A stretch of DNA of 64,000 nt from the human T2T-CHM13v2.0 reference genome, Homo sapiens. Under the pieces are notes generated by a model, which worked only from the letters and a program-made list of their open reading frames with translations, was not told where the DNA came from and did not search any database. Below are positions 13,764 through 31,893 of the stretch, in pieces. The translations under genes were made by a program, and so were the position numbers. Positions within the stretch are counted from its first letter, which is position 1, and every line of letters starts with the position of its first letter. The stretch lies in assembly GCF_009914755.1 (NCBI RefSeq), contig NC_060930.1. The stretch is one strand, 5' to 3'.

Positions 13764-14147
13764 TTAATTTTAAAAAACGTTACTTTTTTTCAAATAATTT
13801 GAACTGTTCTCTAGTTTGTTTTTAGTAATATCTCCCAACTTTGTTAAGACATACTACTCGCCACCCTTGAATCTAATTGTCTGCTGCCTTCTTACAAAAA
13901 TGAAATCCATACTCCAACAATTAAAATATTGACTGTACTGAAGACATTTAAAACAGGATGCTGCTGTTTTTATACCTAGTTTTCAAAACAAATGAATTAG
14001 CAAACACTAGTCATTATCATTTTAGAAAGTATAAGATCTTTATCATTTCTGTATCAAAAGGCAGAGAACAAGTTACAACTTTTAACGACTGATTTGTGCG
14101 TTTAATATTGAAAATAAAACTATTTTTTTTTTGCCACACTCAAAGCT

Positions 14148-20045
<5,898 letters not shown>

Positions 20046-20428
20046 AGCCCAGTGTATTTTCGTTTTGTTTTTTAATTTATTATTTTTAGTCAGGCAAATA
20101 GTTCTTTAAATTTCATCTGCAGGATTTGTTATTTTACTTGTTGCTCAAGCGACTTATCAAATTCGAGGCTAGAGCAGTGTTTTTATGATATGGTTTTTGC
20201 AAAATAGAAACTCCTAAAATGGCCATGGTAATAACTACACAAAAGTAACATCATTACTATATGACATGCATCAAGAACCATATAAATATGTTCTCAGATA
20301 AGACATTATCTGGCAAACTTCGATGTTAAAATTTAAATTCTAGAAGTTAATATTAAGATGGGTTATGAAAGGAGATAATATAGATATAAAAATAAAGTAA
20401 ATGTATTAAAAATGTTAAATAAATTCTT

Positions 20429-20737
20429 CACTGTGCCTAGTGGCTCACACCTGCAATCCTAGCAATTTAGGAGGCCGAGGCAGGAGGATCGCTTGAGTTT
20501 GGGAGTTCAAGAATAGCCTGGGCAACACAAGGAGACAGTGCCTCTACAAACAAAATCCAAAAAATTAGCCCAACATGGTGGTGCACACCTGTAGTCCCGG
20601 CCACTCAGGAGGCTGAAGCAGGAGGATTACTTGAGCTCGGGAGATCAACGCTGCAGTGAACCGTGATCATGTTACTGCACTCCAGCCTGGGTGACCAAGT
20701 GAGACCCTGTCTCCAAAAACAAAAATAACAACAATAA
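20429..20737 (+). mobile_element. AluJ
   Basis: ggaggatcgcttgag and gagaccctgtctc J-type motifs; 12-bp TSD aaataaattctt at 20417-20428 and 20738-20749. Confidence 0.93.
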
Positions 20738-23689
20738 AAATAAATTCTTTACAGAATAAGGAGCTAATACTTATATTTTAGCTGAGTGATATAGAGAATA
20801 ATACAAAACACAATATGTAGAAAATGAATGAAAGTGAAAAGGGAATGAAAGAACATTAGGAAATGTTTTAATGTTTACTAGAAAGAAAAGCAAACATAAC
20901 TACAGATAAATTGTATGGGAAGATATTAAAAACGAATCCTCAGGACACTGCCTTTTTGGGCTTTCCTTCCCATTGCAGCAGATGCAGTTCCTGCCAGAGA
21001 CCTTTGATGTCACAATTAATAGAAGACTGAAATCAATTGGAAGCTTAATAGTCTTTTCTTAACCTATCAATTTCTCTTCTGTTAAATAAGAACATCAAAA
21101 CACAGGATTTCATTGCATGTCCTATGTGAAGAGTATAGAAATTAAAGCAAATTTTCTCTTTCTATTTTACAGCATGCAGAAAAAAATATGTGAGCTCTTC
21201 ATATAATTAAATTACTAGAAGTCAGTGTTCACTATTTGGTAAATTAGAGATGATGTATTTTGCAGATAAGCTGTAGATGTTGAATCACTAGAGTTTTTTC
21301 ATATCGTACCAAAATTATAGTTCTTTGTTCCTGGTAAAATATTTTTTAAAATATTTTTTCTTGCTATTTTTCTGATAAGCTATGAGAATAGACTTGAAGG
21401 CTTTTATTCATTTCAATTTAAAACAACCTATCAGAACATATATATTAATTCATCAAAGAAAATACTATTGGAGAATTGCTGAACTATTCTAATTATATAA
21501 AAATTATTAAACTACTACTCTTTATTTTCTAAAATTTCAGTTTATAAAGTACTTCAAATATTATAGTTAAATAAAATAAATTATTTAAACGTTAAACTAA
21601 CGATGATCTCTTTTGACTATAATGTATAAAATGTCAAACACTGTGCTTAAAAATAAAATGAATTTTTTAATAACATGAAAAAATTAAACACTTCTGTTTT
21701 TACTGTTGTGATGATAAACAGAGGGAAGATACATTATTCTTTTGATTTGATTTACAGCCTCAGATATACGTAGAAATGGAGTCCATATGTGTCACCTAGA
21801 ACCACAGGGCAAGTAATAGGAATGCTATTTTAAAAATGAACAGATTGCTCCAACAGGCATTTATGCAGAAAGCCTTCTCTAACAGCTCTCAGATACATAC
21901 TCACACTTTACAGTTCAGTGAACTTAATTTGAACAATATATATACTATGACCTGAAGCTGAAAATACTGCAAGCCAAACAAATAATCTTAATAACACTTG
22001 CTTAAATTCAGTTTGATGAATGCTTATATGTCAAATAGGTTTGCATAAAATAAAACAAAGTTGTCAGCACATCAATTAAAATATTTATTAGTGATAAAGT
22101 GAATCTAAGATATATCCAAGATGCTTGATAGATAGTATTTGCTATAGAGGTTTTCCCCAGCATAAAAACAAACAAAAAAAAATTAGAGTTGAATCTCAGC
22201 ATGGAATTTATTGGATTTAGAGGTTTTCATTACATGAAATTTCTCAATGACTGAAGTTAAATATCTTTCAAAATTACTCAAATCCTAGCATTACACTTGG
22301 TATTTTGGTGGACCAAGGAGCCCTTAGTTAAGAATTTGTTGTTTCTTGGAAAGGTCAGAAGAAGCAGGAAGTGAGATATAACAAGGAGAACATAATGGTA
22401 AAATGTAGCTACACTTTCTTCTCTAGTATAGCTACAATACATTCTACCTAAAAATTATCTATATATGTATATCATATGTATCTCTCTATATATAGATACA
22501 TATGTATGCATACTCATATATTTAAGAAGTCAAATTTATCAGCAAAACTAGGTGGATTTATTTTCTACAACATTATAGGAAAGAAAACTGAAGACAATTT
22601 AATTTTACCAACTCCTTTTACATCATGCAACCTAAAATGATGTTCCTCTAATCAGTCATGGTCATTTCTAATACTCAAACTTCAAATCAATAGTGTCTAT
22701 AATTCTGTAGTTCTGTGTTATAATATACAGATAAAATTTAATAAAACACCTTGGTTCATATTTCTTGAATAATGTCTGGTAAGGGATTTTTTCTTAAAAT
22801 GGGAGATATCAGAAGATTCTGAAAAGATTTATATAAAAAGTCATAAAAGTTTTCCATTAGGACAGTATTTTGTGGGAGAAAAAAGTAAAAAAAGATTGTT
22901 CATATGTTCATCTATTTACTTTGAAATTTCATACTGCTGTTAGCTTACTTGTTATAATAAGGGAAAAGCCTAAAATAAAAAAAATTAAACTATTTCACAG
23001 TAACAGAAAACATGATTTAGGTTATATAATTTTACAAGCGTACAGATTTCTCAAAGGAAAATATACTCTTTAGTCTTTATTTTATAGTACGCTATGAATG
23101 TAAAAATATTCTATCATCTTTGTCTCTGAATGGACTTATTATTTGAAGTATTTTCTTAATTTCAGCAATGTATTTGACTTAAGTTTATAAAAGGAGCAAT
23201 GGCTGTCAAGTTTGTAGGATATACTATATAGATATATAGTATAGATATATTTACAGAAAAAAATGCTTACATTTTACAAACAATTAAGAATTTTATATAT
23301 CATGCTTCAAATATTTTTATCCAAAGATACCTTAGTAACTCTTATTTAATTATAAACAACACTTAAATGGGGACAAAAAGAAAATATATCAACTACATAA
23401 GTGTAGGGGTTATCTTCTTTAGGGCATTTTTTTAGCTTATATTTTAAAAACAGAATTTGTCTTATTTCATAATATTACTTAATGAAAAAAATTGTGTGCC
23501 TGACAATATAATATTTAAATTAGCTCCATATTTTAAATTCTATCTGTCACATTTTTCCTATTATCTACATCTGTAAAGTGCCATATGGCTTGTTTAATAT
23601 GCTTTTATCTATTGAAGCTTTAAAAATTTATTACTGATTATCAATTAAAATGATTATAAAATAAAACTCTTTACATTATAAAGCTTGAC

Positions 23690-24335
23690 TATTTCAATTT
23701 CTCCACCATGATCACCATCATCTTCCACCTAGACTACTGTATCATCCTCCAGACTAATCTGCTTATATCTATTCTTGTCTCATTGTGGTCAATTTTGAAT
23801 ATAGCCAGAATGATCTTTTAAAAGAATTTTCTCATATCACTTTCTCCATCCCATTTAGAATACAATAAATTGTCATGTTCCTGCTGAGTGAAGTTCCATC
23901 ACTCATTCAGTCCTTTCTAGATCTCTGGTATCTTCTCCCACTATGCTGTTCTCGGCTCTCTAGTTCACTGACCCTGACATCTCTGGCCTTCTTATTGTTT
24001 ATGACTGAATTACACCGAACTTGTTTCTGCTTCAGTACTTTGGCACTTGCTGTACCCTATCCTATAAGTATCTTTAGCACATTTCTTTGTATGGCCTGAG
24101 ATTTGCTCAAATTTGTCTCTCAGAGAGTTACTTTCTGACATTTTTTTGCTAAAATGCCACTCAGTACTTTTTATTATCCTATCATGATTTTTTCCCACCA
24201 TTAACAGTTATCATTACCTGAAACACACACACACACACACACACACACGGTTTATTATTTGTATTTCTCATTAACTATAATGTAAGCTCCATTGCCTAGA
24301 ATAATGTAGACATGGAGTAGACACTAATTAAACAG
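23690..24335 (+). mobile_element. L2 LINE 3' remnant containing a (CA)n
   Basis: caccatcatcttccacctagactactg...gccagaatgatcttttaaaa...tttggcacttgctgt...aatgtaagctccattgcctagaataatg. Confidence 0.72.
24223..24248. repeat. (AC)13 microsatellite
   Basis: Direct reading. Confidence 0.95.
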
Positions 24336-25394
24336 AAGTGAGCTAATGAATTATATCAAATAGACAAGAGGGAAAAGAGTTTGTAGTAGGGAATAGAAGC
24401 GATGTCATAAGTCTCAGATCAATTAAAATACAGAATACAGTAGTCATTCCCCTTAGAACTTCAGAGGACAATGATGACAAAAACAATAATATTGTCAGTA
24501 GATTCTTTTTCATGGAAGGTAAAATGCAATAAGACAAGCAATGAATGGAAAATAAGAAAATGAGGAGGATATGTGTGCCAATTATTGCTATTATTTGCTT
24601 AGTTAATTGGTTGTTTAAATTTGATAAATATTTTTTGAAGATGTCTTTATGTTGAGGAAATTGTTGATAGAAAGAGAAGGGTTGACTACAAGGGAGATGG
24701 AAAGGATGTTGCTGAGCTAAATATTTGAGGAAATGAGAAAGGAAACATGCATGCATGAAAACAATGGCTGTGAGAAGGAAGCAGATTTCATCCTCAGAGG
24801 CTACTTAAAAGCATAAAGGACGTGAAAAATGCAAAAGGATGAAATACTTCCCATAAAACTTCATGTTAACGTGTTGAATACTGGAGAGAAAATCTATGGA
24901 TTCTGGGAACTTTTAAAGTATTCTCTGTTGAAAAATATAGAAGGTGCTAATTAAGGATGAAGGATTGGTAAAAGTTATTTGGGCCTCAAACATTACATAT
25001 GAAGTTCATTATGATATGTCACTTACGATCCTGGTTCTGTAATTTTATTCTGTATAGAGATTAGCTCTCAATGCACAGAAAAGAGAAGGAGGATTGGGAG
25101 ATTGAGTCCTAGTTGATTCATATTTCCAAGGTAGAGGTTTGTAAAAAATTAACAGGGAGAAGGAGTTAAGCGTCCTGGTAAGAACTAAGTAGGAGTAAAA
25201 ATGAGGCTAGGATGGAGTCTAATATACTGCCTAAGTTTGCATGTGGCAGAATTACGTATTTTGTGAAGAATAGAATATGAGAAGGTAAACCCTTAGGGAT
25301 TAAATCTGCAATTATTAGTAATGCATTTTAATAACATTTTTAAATAGTTTTACATTTGCAGAGAAATTACAAGATAGAACAGAGAATCCCAATA

Positions 25395-25728
25395 TAGTCG
25401 TGTGTTGCTTAATGCAGGGGACACATTCTGAGAAATGCATCCTTAGGTGATTTCATCATTGTCCAAACATCATAGAGTGCACTTATACAGACCTATATGG
25501 TATAACCTACTACACAGCTAGGCTATATGATCTAGCCTATTGCTTCTAGGCTATAAACTTGTGCGGCATGTTACTGTACTAAATTTTGTAGGCAATTATA
25601 ATATAGTGGTATCTAAACATATAAAAGGTCCAGTAAAAATGTCATATTTTAACCTTACAGGATATTATGGGCACTGCCCTATAGGCAGTTTATCATTGGC
25701 TGAATCATTGTTTAAGGACACAGGACTG
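25395..25728 (+). mobile_element. Tigger3a (MER7-type) TcMar DNA transposon
   Basis: Termini (c)agtc.tg ... gactg with TA on both sides; internal ttctgagaaatgc...aacatcatagagtgcactta...catgttactgtact. Confidence 0.88.
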
Positions 25729-26257
25729 TATATCTCACACCCAGGTTTACCTATTATTATATCTTATATTACTATCATTCGTCATATAAAGTGCATGTAA
25801 TAGTAACATGGTTTATCTCTGTTTATGTTAAACTCGATCACTAGTTAAGGTAGTGTTGTTCAGGTGTCTTCATTGCGACATTACTCTTTTCCCCCTCTTT
25901 TTATACTTTAAAGAAGAAAGTGGCTATGTGCACCCCACATTTGAGTGGGTATTATGATCAACCTCCTTGAATTAGGAGAATAAATTATTTGGAATGATTT
26001 AGCATGGGAGATATGTCTATTTCTCCTCATTTTAAATGTAGTCAACCATCTGTTTATATCATTAAAGACTCATTGATATTTATATTATACACTGGGTTAT
26101 AATGCAATACACATTTATTTATTTTCATTAAAATTGTTATGGCTTTGGCCATTGGGAGTTTTTCAGTTGTATTCCATATCCTTTTGACTTGTGCCTATCA
26201 TTGAAGTGTTCTTTGTTTGTTTAGCAGTTTCATACTTTCTGGAACTACAAGATATGC

Positions 26258-26661
26258 TGTATTCGTTCATTCTTGTGTTGCTATAAAGGAATGCTTGAGA
26301 CTAGGTAATTTATAAAGAAAAGATACTTTATTTTGACTCAGGCTGTAAGGAAGCAGAATCTACTTCTGCTGAGGGCCTCCAGAAACTTACAGTCATGGTG
26401 AAAGGGGAAGGGGAGCCAGCCTGTGTCATGGCAAGAGGGAGAGCAAGAGAGAGAAGGGAGAAACACTACATTCTACTGAACATCGAGATCTCATGTGAAC
26501 TAACAGAGTGATATAACTCATTCGTCACCAAGAGGATCGTGCTAAGCCATTCATGAGGGATCCACCCCCATGATCCAATGCCTCCCACTAGGCCCCACTC
26601 CAACATTAGGAATTACATTTCAACATGAGATTTGGAGGAGACAAACATCCAAGCCATATCA
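26258..26661 (-). mobile_element. MaLR solo LTR, MSTB-like
   Basis: tgtatt...gctataaagg...gctaagccattcatgagggatccacccccatgatccaa...ttcaacatgagatttggagg...aaacatccaagccatatca. Confidence 0.9.
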
Positions 26662-27769
26662 TGTACCAAGCCACCTTGTCTATTTCCCCACTCCTAGAAT
26701 CAGAAATTTCTCTAAATATCCCTCATTCTTATATTGAAGAATGGTATTAAAAAAACAAGATATAGGCACAAGGTATGTATGCTCTTTGCTACTATAGTGT
26801 CATAGCTTCCAGAAACTTTCATCTGAAAGAGTATATAATATGTATCTATTATATACCTGCATTATATAGGTATATAATAGATGTACCTATCCATATGTGT
26901 TTTCTAAACTATGTATATAGAGGTATTTATATAATCTAGCCAAATATGAGTCTGTACTGGTGTCTCCAACTCAAATTTATGACCATCTGAATCATTCTAG
27001 TCTCTTCCCCTCACTTACCTGTATCCTCCCACTCCAACCATTGGATACTGATTTGCCACAATTTACCATCCATATACTGAATTATTCAAATGCAGTATAC
27101 ATGGATAGTGGCTTCAGAATTGTTTTCCAATACTCTGATGAGAAAAAACTTGTTAATTAGAGTTCAGTACCTATGCACAATTCTTTTTCTGGTTAGTCTC
27201 ACAGACTACACTAATTTCCAAAGTGACTCAGTTCAGCACTTTTCTTTCCACTCCCATCAATTAGATTTTTTCAAATATTTATGAAACATTCAGAATATTT
27301 TTTTACAGTTTCATATCCATTCTGAAATCCCTAGTATCCTCACTGATTTTTTAAAAATTTACATACTTTAAGGTTCACTCTGTGCTCTCTATGACACTAA
27401 GGGTTTGGGAAAATGTATGTCACATATCCACAATTCACCATGTAAAGAAATGTAGACAACATGAAAACATGAATTTTACATTTTACATTGTCATCTGTAT
27501 GTCATAAAGAATAGGTTCACTGCACCAATTTTTTTCTGTGCTTCACCTATTTGGTCCTCCTTTTACTCCAAACCCCTGATCTATTTATTTCCTGTCTCTA
27601 TAGTTTTGTCTCTTTCAGAACCTTATGTAAATGGTATCATATAGAATATAACCTCAAAAACTGACATTTTACTTAGAGATATGCATCCAAATTCAACCAA
27701 ACTTTTGTGTATATTGATAATTAATTTCTGTTCATCACTAAATAGCATTCCACTGTATGCATTAAAAGC

Positions 27770-27990
27770 AGTTTTGTGTTTATTTTATTATTATAGGTAC
27801 ATAATAGATGTACCTATTCATGGGGAACATACGATATTCTGATACAGACATACAATGTGTAGAAATCACATGAGGGTAACTGGGGTAACCATCACCTCAA
27901 GCATTTATCATTTCTTTGTGATAGGACCATTCCAATTCCACCAATATTTAAAAAGATACAATAAAAAATTGTTGATTATACTCACCGTTT
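27770..27990 (-). mobile_element. L1MA (young MA) 3' end nested in L1MC
   Basis: aggtacataatagatgtacctattcatgggg...catacaatgtgtagaaatcacatgagggtaactggggtaaccatcacctcaagcatttatc. Confidence 0.8.
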
Positions 27991-28294
27991 CCACAGAAGT
28001 TACTTTTTCACACATTTATCTACTGAAAAACATCTAAGTTGCTTTCAGTTTTTGGTGATTATGATAAAAGTTGCTATAAAAATTTGCATGCAGGTTTTAT
28101 GTAAACATAATTTTTTAAATTACTTGGGTAAATACCTAGGAATGTAATTGCTAGAGTGTATAGTAAGACTACATGAAGATTTATAAGAAACTGCCAAACT
28201 GTCTTCCAAAGTGTATCTGTCATTTTGCATTCTGAGCGGCAATTTATGAGCATTCCTCTTGTTCCACATCCCGTTGACTGTATTTGTGCATTTT

Positions 28295-28750
28295 TCCCCT
28301 GATAGGTAAGACAAGAGGCCTGGAGGGAACTGGAGTGGGACTAATCTCTTCCTCTAGCTATGATAAGGCTGTAGCAAAGTCTTTTCTCCTGAATAGGATG
28401 CTTGTGTTATATATATGATTCTAGATATTGATATCATTCACGTGATACTTTTCTTATTTCCCTGTCAGAGCCACAGGGCATATTTCTCAGATCTTCACTT
28501 GTATGAATTGCTACTTAAGTGTGCCTACCAGTTTATGGTTCCAGTCACTTCTGCTCCATGTAAGTAGATCTAAGCTGTGACTATCTGGACTTTCCTGCCT
28601 CTCAGATTTTGAGGTGGTTTTTTTCTTCTGTAACCTCAATTTTCTGATGACTCCAAGAAAAGTTCTTGGTTTTCAGTTGGTCTGAATTTTTTTATTGTAA
28701 GTTTGAAAGTGATGACTCCCAAGCTATTTACTTGTCAGAGATGAAACCAG
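28295..28750 (-). mobile_element. L1MC/L1MD-type 5'UTR
   Basis: Visibly similar to the 5' region of the L1MC at 19480-20045 (aggt.agaca..a.g.ctggag.g; gtga.gact.cca.gct..tta.a.g). Confidence 0.6.
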
Positions 28751-28847
28751 TTCTCTAATTGTTATTTTTATAGTCTTATTTCCATGTCATTTTTTGTAAT
28801 GCCTAATGATTCTTTTATTATTTTACCTACCTGTCTTCATACCCTAA

Positions 28848-28902
28848 CACACATACACCACACACACACACACACACTCTCTCTCTCTCTCTCTCTCTCT
28901 CT
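28848..28902. repeat. Compound (CA)n(CT)n microsatellite
   Basis: Direct reading. Confidence 0.95.
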
Positions 28903-30490
28903 GTAGTGGAAATTTAACAGTTTTATCAATGTTGTCCAGGCCCATATTATTTCCTCTACCTCAACTAAGGAAATACCATTCTGCTGAGCTCCCAGAATCC
29001 ACTCTGACTCTCCTTGTAATCAGTGTTCTATTCTGCAATCTGAAAAATTTAAATCAGATCACATTACGTCTCTTGCTTACCACTCTTCAAGGGCTTCCTA
29101 TTGTGTTCATTATAAGGATAAAACCCCATATCAAGCTTCTTCAAAGTCTCATATATTTTGGACCTAATATAATATGTTAAATATTTTGAATATAGGAGGT
29201 GAAAAGAAAAAATATTTGTTAAATTTAACAATAAGTTTTCAAGGATTCCAAAGAGTTTGTCTTTGAGATTCAAACAAAATATTTTGAATCACATCTCATT
29301 CATGGGGGAACATCCTTATCTTCATAATTCCCTAATCTCTCCAGAGATTGGAGGTAAATGGAAGATGTTCAAGGATGTTAGGCTTTTTGGTTGTGTATTT
29401 GTTTGGTGGTTCTATCTACAAAAGAACTTTCGACTTGAATGTAAATTTAGTTTTTGTATTATATATGACTCTGGAGCAGCACTTTCTCTTCCATGTAATG
29501 CTACATCAGAGATGAAACTATGGCCTTTCCTCCTTATTTTCTACCAAAAGCAAACAAACAAATTGAGACTGTGTTACAGGGCATGTAGCAGACTCTGTTG
29601 AGAGTTTAGAGCCACAGGAGAGATTTGGATTCAATCAACATGAACAACCAATACATAAATAAATAAATAACACATATTTCTCATAGTTTTTCTATCCCTC
29701 TCATCCTATTTCTCTACCCTTCTCTGACTCTCAGGATTTTCTTTTCCCTTTTATGGAGAGCATATCCTGGGCCTCTCCCTGATACTCTATTACCTGCCCT
29801 TTATAATTCAGAACAATTTATCTCAGCACACGCTCTTTAGTTCTTTACATAACAGGCATAAAGGCTCACTAAAATATGGATTATCATCTACTCTAGAAAT
29901 CCTTTTATTTTTTTTTTGAACTAGGACGTGGCAAATTTTCCATTGTTCCTATCTTCAACTCCTAGAAATCAGTGTGAGGCAGAGAAACCAGTTTAGAGAG
30001 TTAATTCCTGACCAGCAGAAATGAGGACTATTTAGTTAAGATAAAAATGGTCATAGACAGTTTGGTTCTCAAGTATGTTTATTCCCTCCTTCACTGATAT
30101 CAGATTGCATCATGATATATTTTTAAATACCATATATAAATATCTATAGCTATGCTGTAACTGCTTTAAAAATAACTTGCACATATACCATGTTGAAAAC
30201 TGTTTACCAAAACTGTATTAGGAGGTATAGGGAAAATAAAGATGTAGATTTTATGGATTTATGTATATAAAGCACTCAGCACAGTATTGGCTTATAGCAT
30301 AAGCTCACTAAAAGATAGCTGTTAAAATAGAAATGTAAAAGTCAAATATATTGATTCTATACCAATTTCACCAAGACATCTTCCAGCCTACACTGGAGCA
30401 CCTCATTGAGAGGATTAGCACATTGCAGTTTAATCTACCCAATTATGCTTACATCTTTTGGTAAAAAATTGTTAAAGGAAGAAAAATGAC

Positions 30491-30975
30491 ATATACGTGT
30501 GTGTGTGTATAAGTATGCATAATGAATTAAATTTGAATTAGTACATACAGTATATATACATACATGTGTATATTTATATATACACATATACATTTATTAT
30601 GTATATAATTATTTATATGTCTATATACAAATATGTATACGTATATATAATGTATATGTATGTAGTATGCATAATGAATTAGATTTGAGTTAGTGCATAC
30701 AGTATATATACATGTGTATATGTGTATGTATACACACATATGTATATTTGTATATACACACATATGTATATTTATATATACACACATATGTATATTTATA
30801 TATACAAATATACATTGTGTATATAATTATGTATATGTCTATATACAAATATGTATATATATATAATATATATGTATATATACACATATGTATATATGCT
30901 GTATCTGTATGTGTATATATACACATATGCATATATAGTGTATGCACTAATTCAAATTTAATACATTATGCATAC
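30491..30975. repeat. TA/CA-rich low-complexity tract with direct and inverted copies of a 44-bp motif
   Basis: Motif at 30513 and 30665 (direct) and 30932-30975 (inverted); ~24-bp internal unit repeated about 3 times. Confidence 0.92.
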
Positions 30976-31045
30976 CTACCATACCAAGCCCTGTGCTAGT
31001 CTCTGTGAATATTACATAAACAAGCTACGATATCCATTCTCAGGA
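30945..31045 (-). mobile_element. L2 3' terminus remnant
   Basis: cattatgcatacctaccataccaagccctgtgctag...gaatattacataaacaag...ccattctcaggag. Confidence 0.55.
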
Positions 31046-31493
31046 GTATATTACTACTCACCTTTAAACAGAAGCTCTAAAAGTACAAAAAAGAAATCTG
31101 GTTCTTGCCTTAGGCATTGATTAAATCAGAAACAACGACCAGGAAATAAAATAATGTAAGTGGGTTCTGCTGAACTTAAAACAAGAATCTTTAAAATATG
31201 TATACTCATGAACACAGTACATTTTTATCTTCAAATTACCTGCTGATGCATTTCAGACTAATACAATTTTACTGAAAATCTCCCCACTCTTCAAAAGAGT
31301 TTGAACCTGTATTTTGAGGGAAAATAGTTATTTATCATGATGGGGGCCCTATATTAAAAATATTAAAATTATCTCATATTAAAATATTTGTATGCTAACT
31401 AGCTTATAAATAACATATGAATCAAAATACAGAAAAAAGGGTCAAATATTAGACAAAAAGCTGAAACTATTTTTGAGACGATTGTAAAGACTC

Positions 31494-31893
31494 TGTATTA
31501 GATTGCTAGGATTGCCGTAAGAAAATATCACTGACTCGGTGGCATAAACAGCAGACATTTATTTTCTCACAGCTCTGGAGGTCAGAAATCTGAAATCCAG
31601 TTGTGGGCCAGTTTGAATTCTGCTGAAGCCTCTCTTCTTGGTTTGCAAATGACCTCCTCACTACATGTTCACCAGGATCTTCTGTGTGTGTGTGTGTGCT
31701 TGTCTGTTCTCTCTGTGTTTTAATATACTCTTCTTATAAGGACACCAGTCATATAGAGCCCACCCTTAGGACCCTATTTTGACTTAACTACTTCATTAAA
31801 TGCTCTGTCTCCAAACACAATCACATTCCGAGGTACAGAAAGTTAGGAATTCACCACATGAATTTGGAGGGAGATTTAATTTATTCCATAACA
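31494..31893 (-). mobile_element. MaLR solo LTR, MLT1B-like
   Basis: tgtattag.ttgctagg...atttattttctcacagctctggagg...tcttataaggacaccagtcata...tctccaaacacaatcacattccgaggtac...ccataaca. Confidence 0.87.

Larger units (their letters stand above)
25330..28290 (-). mobile_element. L1MC (L1MC4-like) 3'UTR and ORF2 end, hosting nested Tigger3, MST and L1MA insertions
   Basis: tttacatttgcagagaaattacaagatagaacagagaatccc; ctttggccattgggagttttt; cttgggtaaatacctaggaatgtaattgctagag...gaaactgccaaactgtcttccaaagtg. Confidence 0.75.

Noticed and set aside
21151-21195. Strong-looking splice acceptor (ttttctctttctattttacag) followed by gtgagc 17 nt later
   Set aside because: Such motifs are frequent in AT-rich DNA; no transcript or conservation evidence is available here.
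30527-30999. Tyr/Ile/His-rich ORFs on both strands
   Set aside because: Artefact of TA/CA low-complexity repeats.
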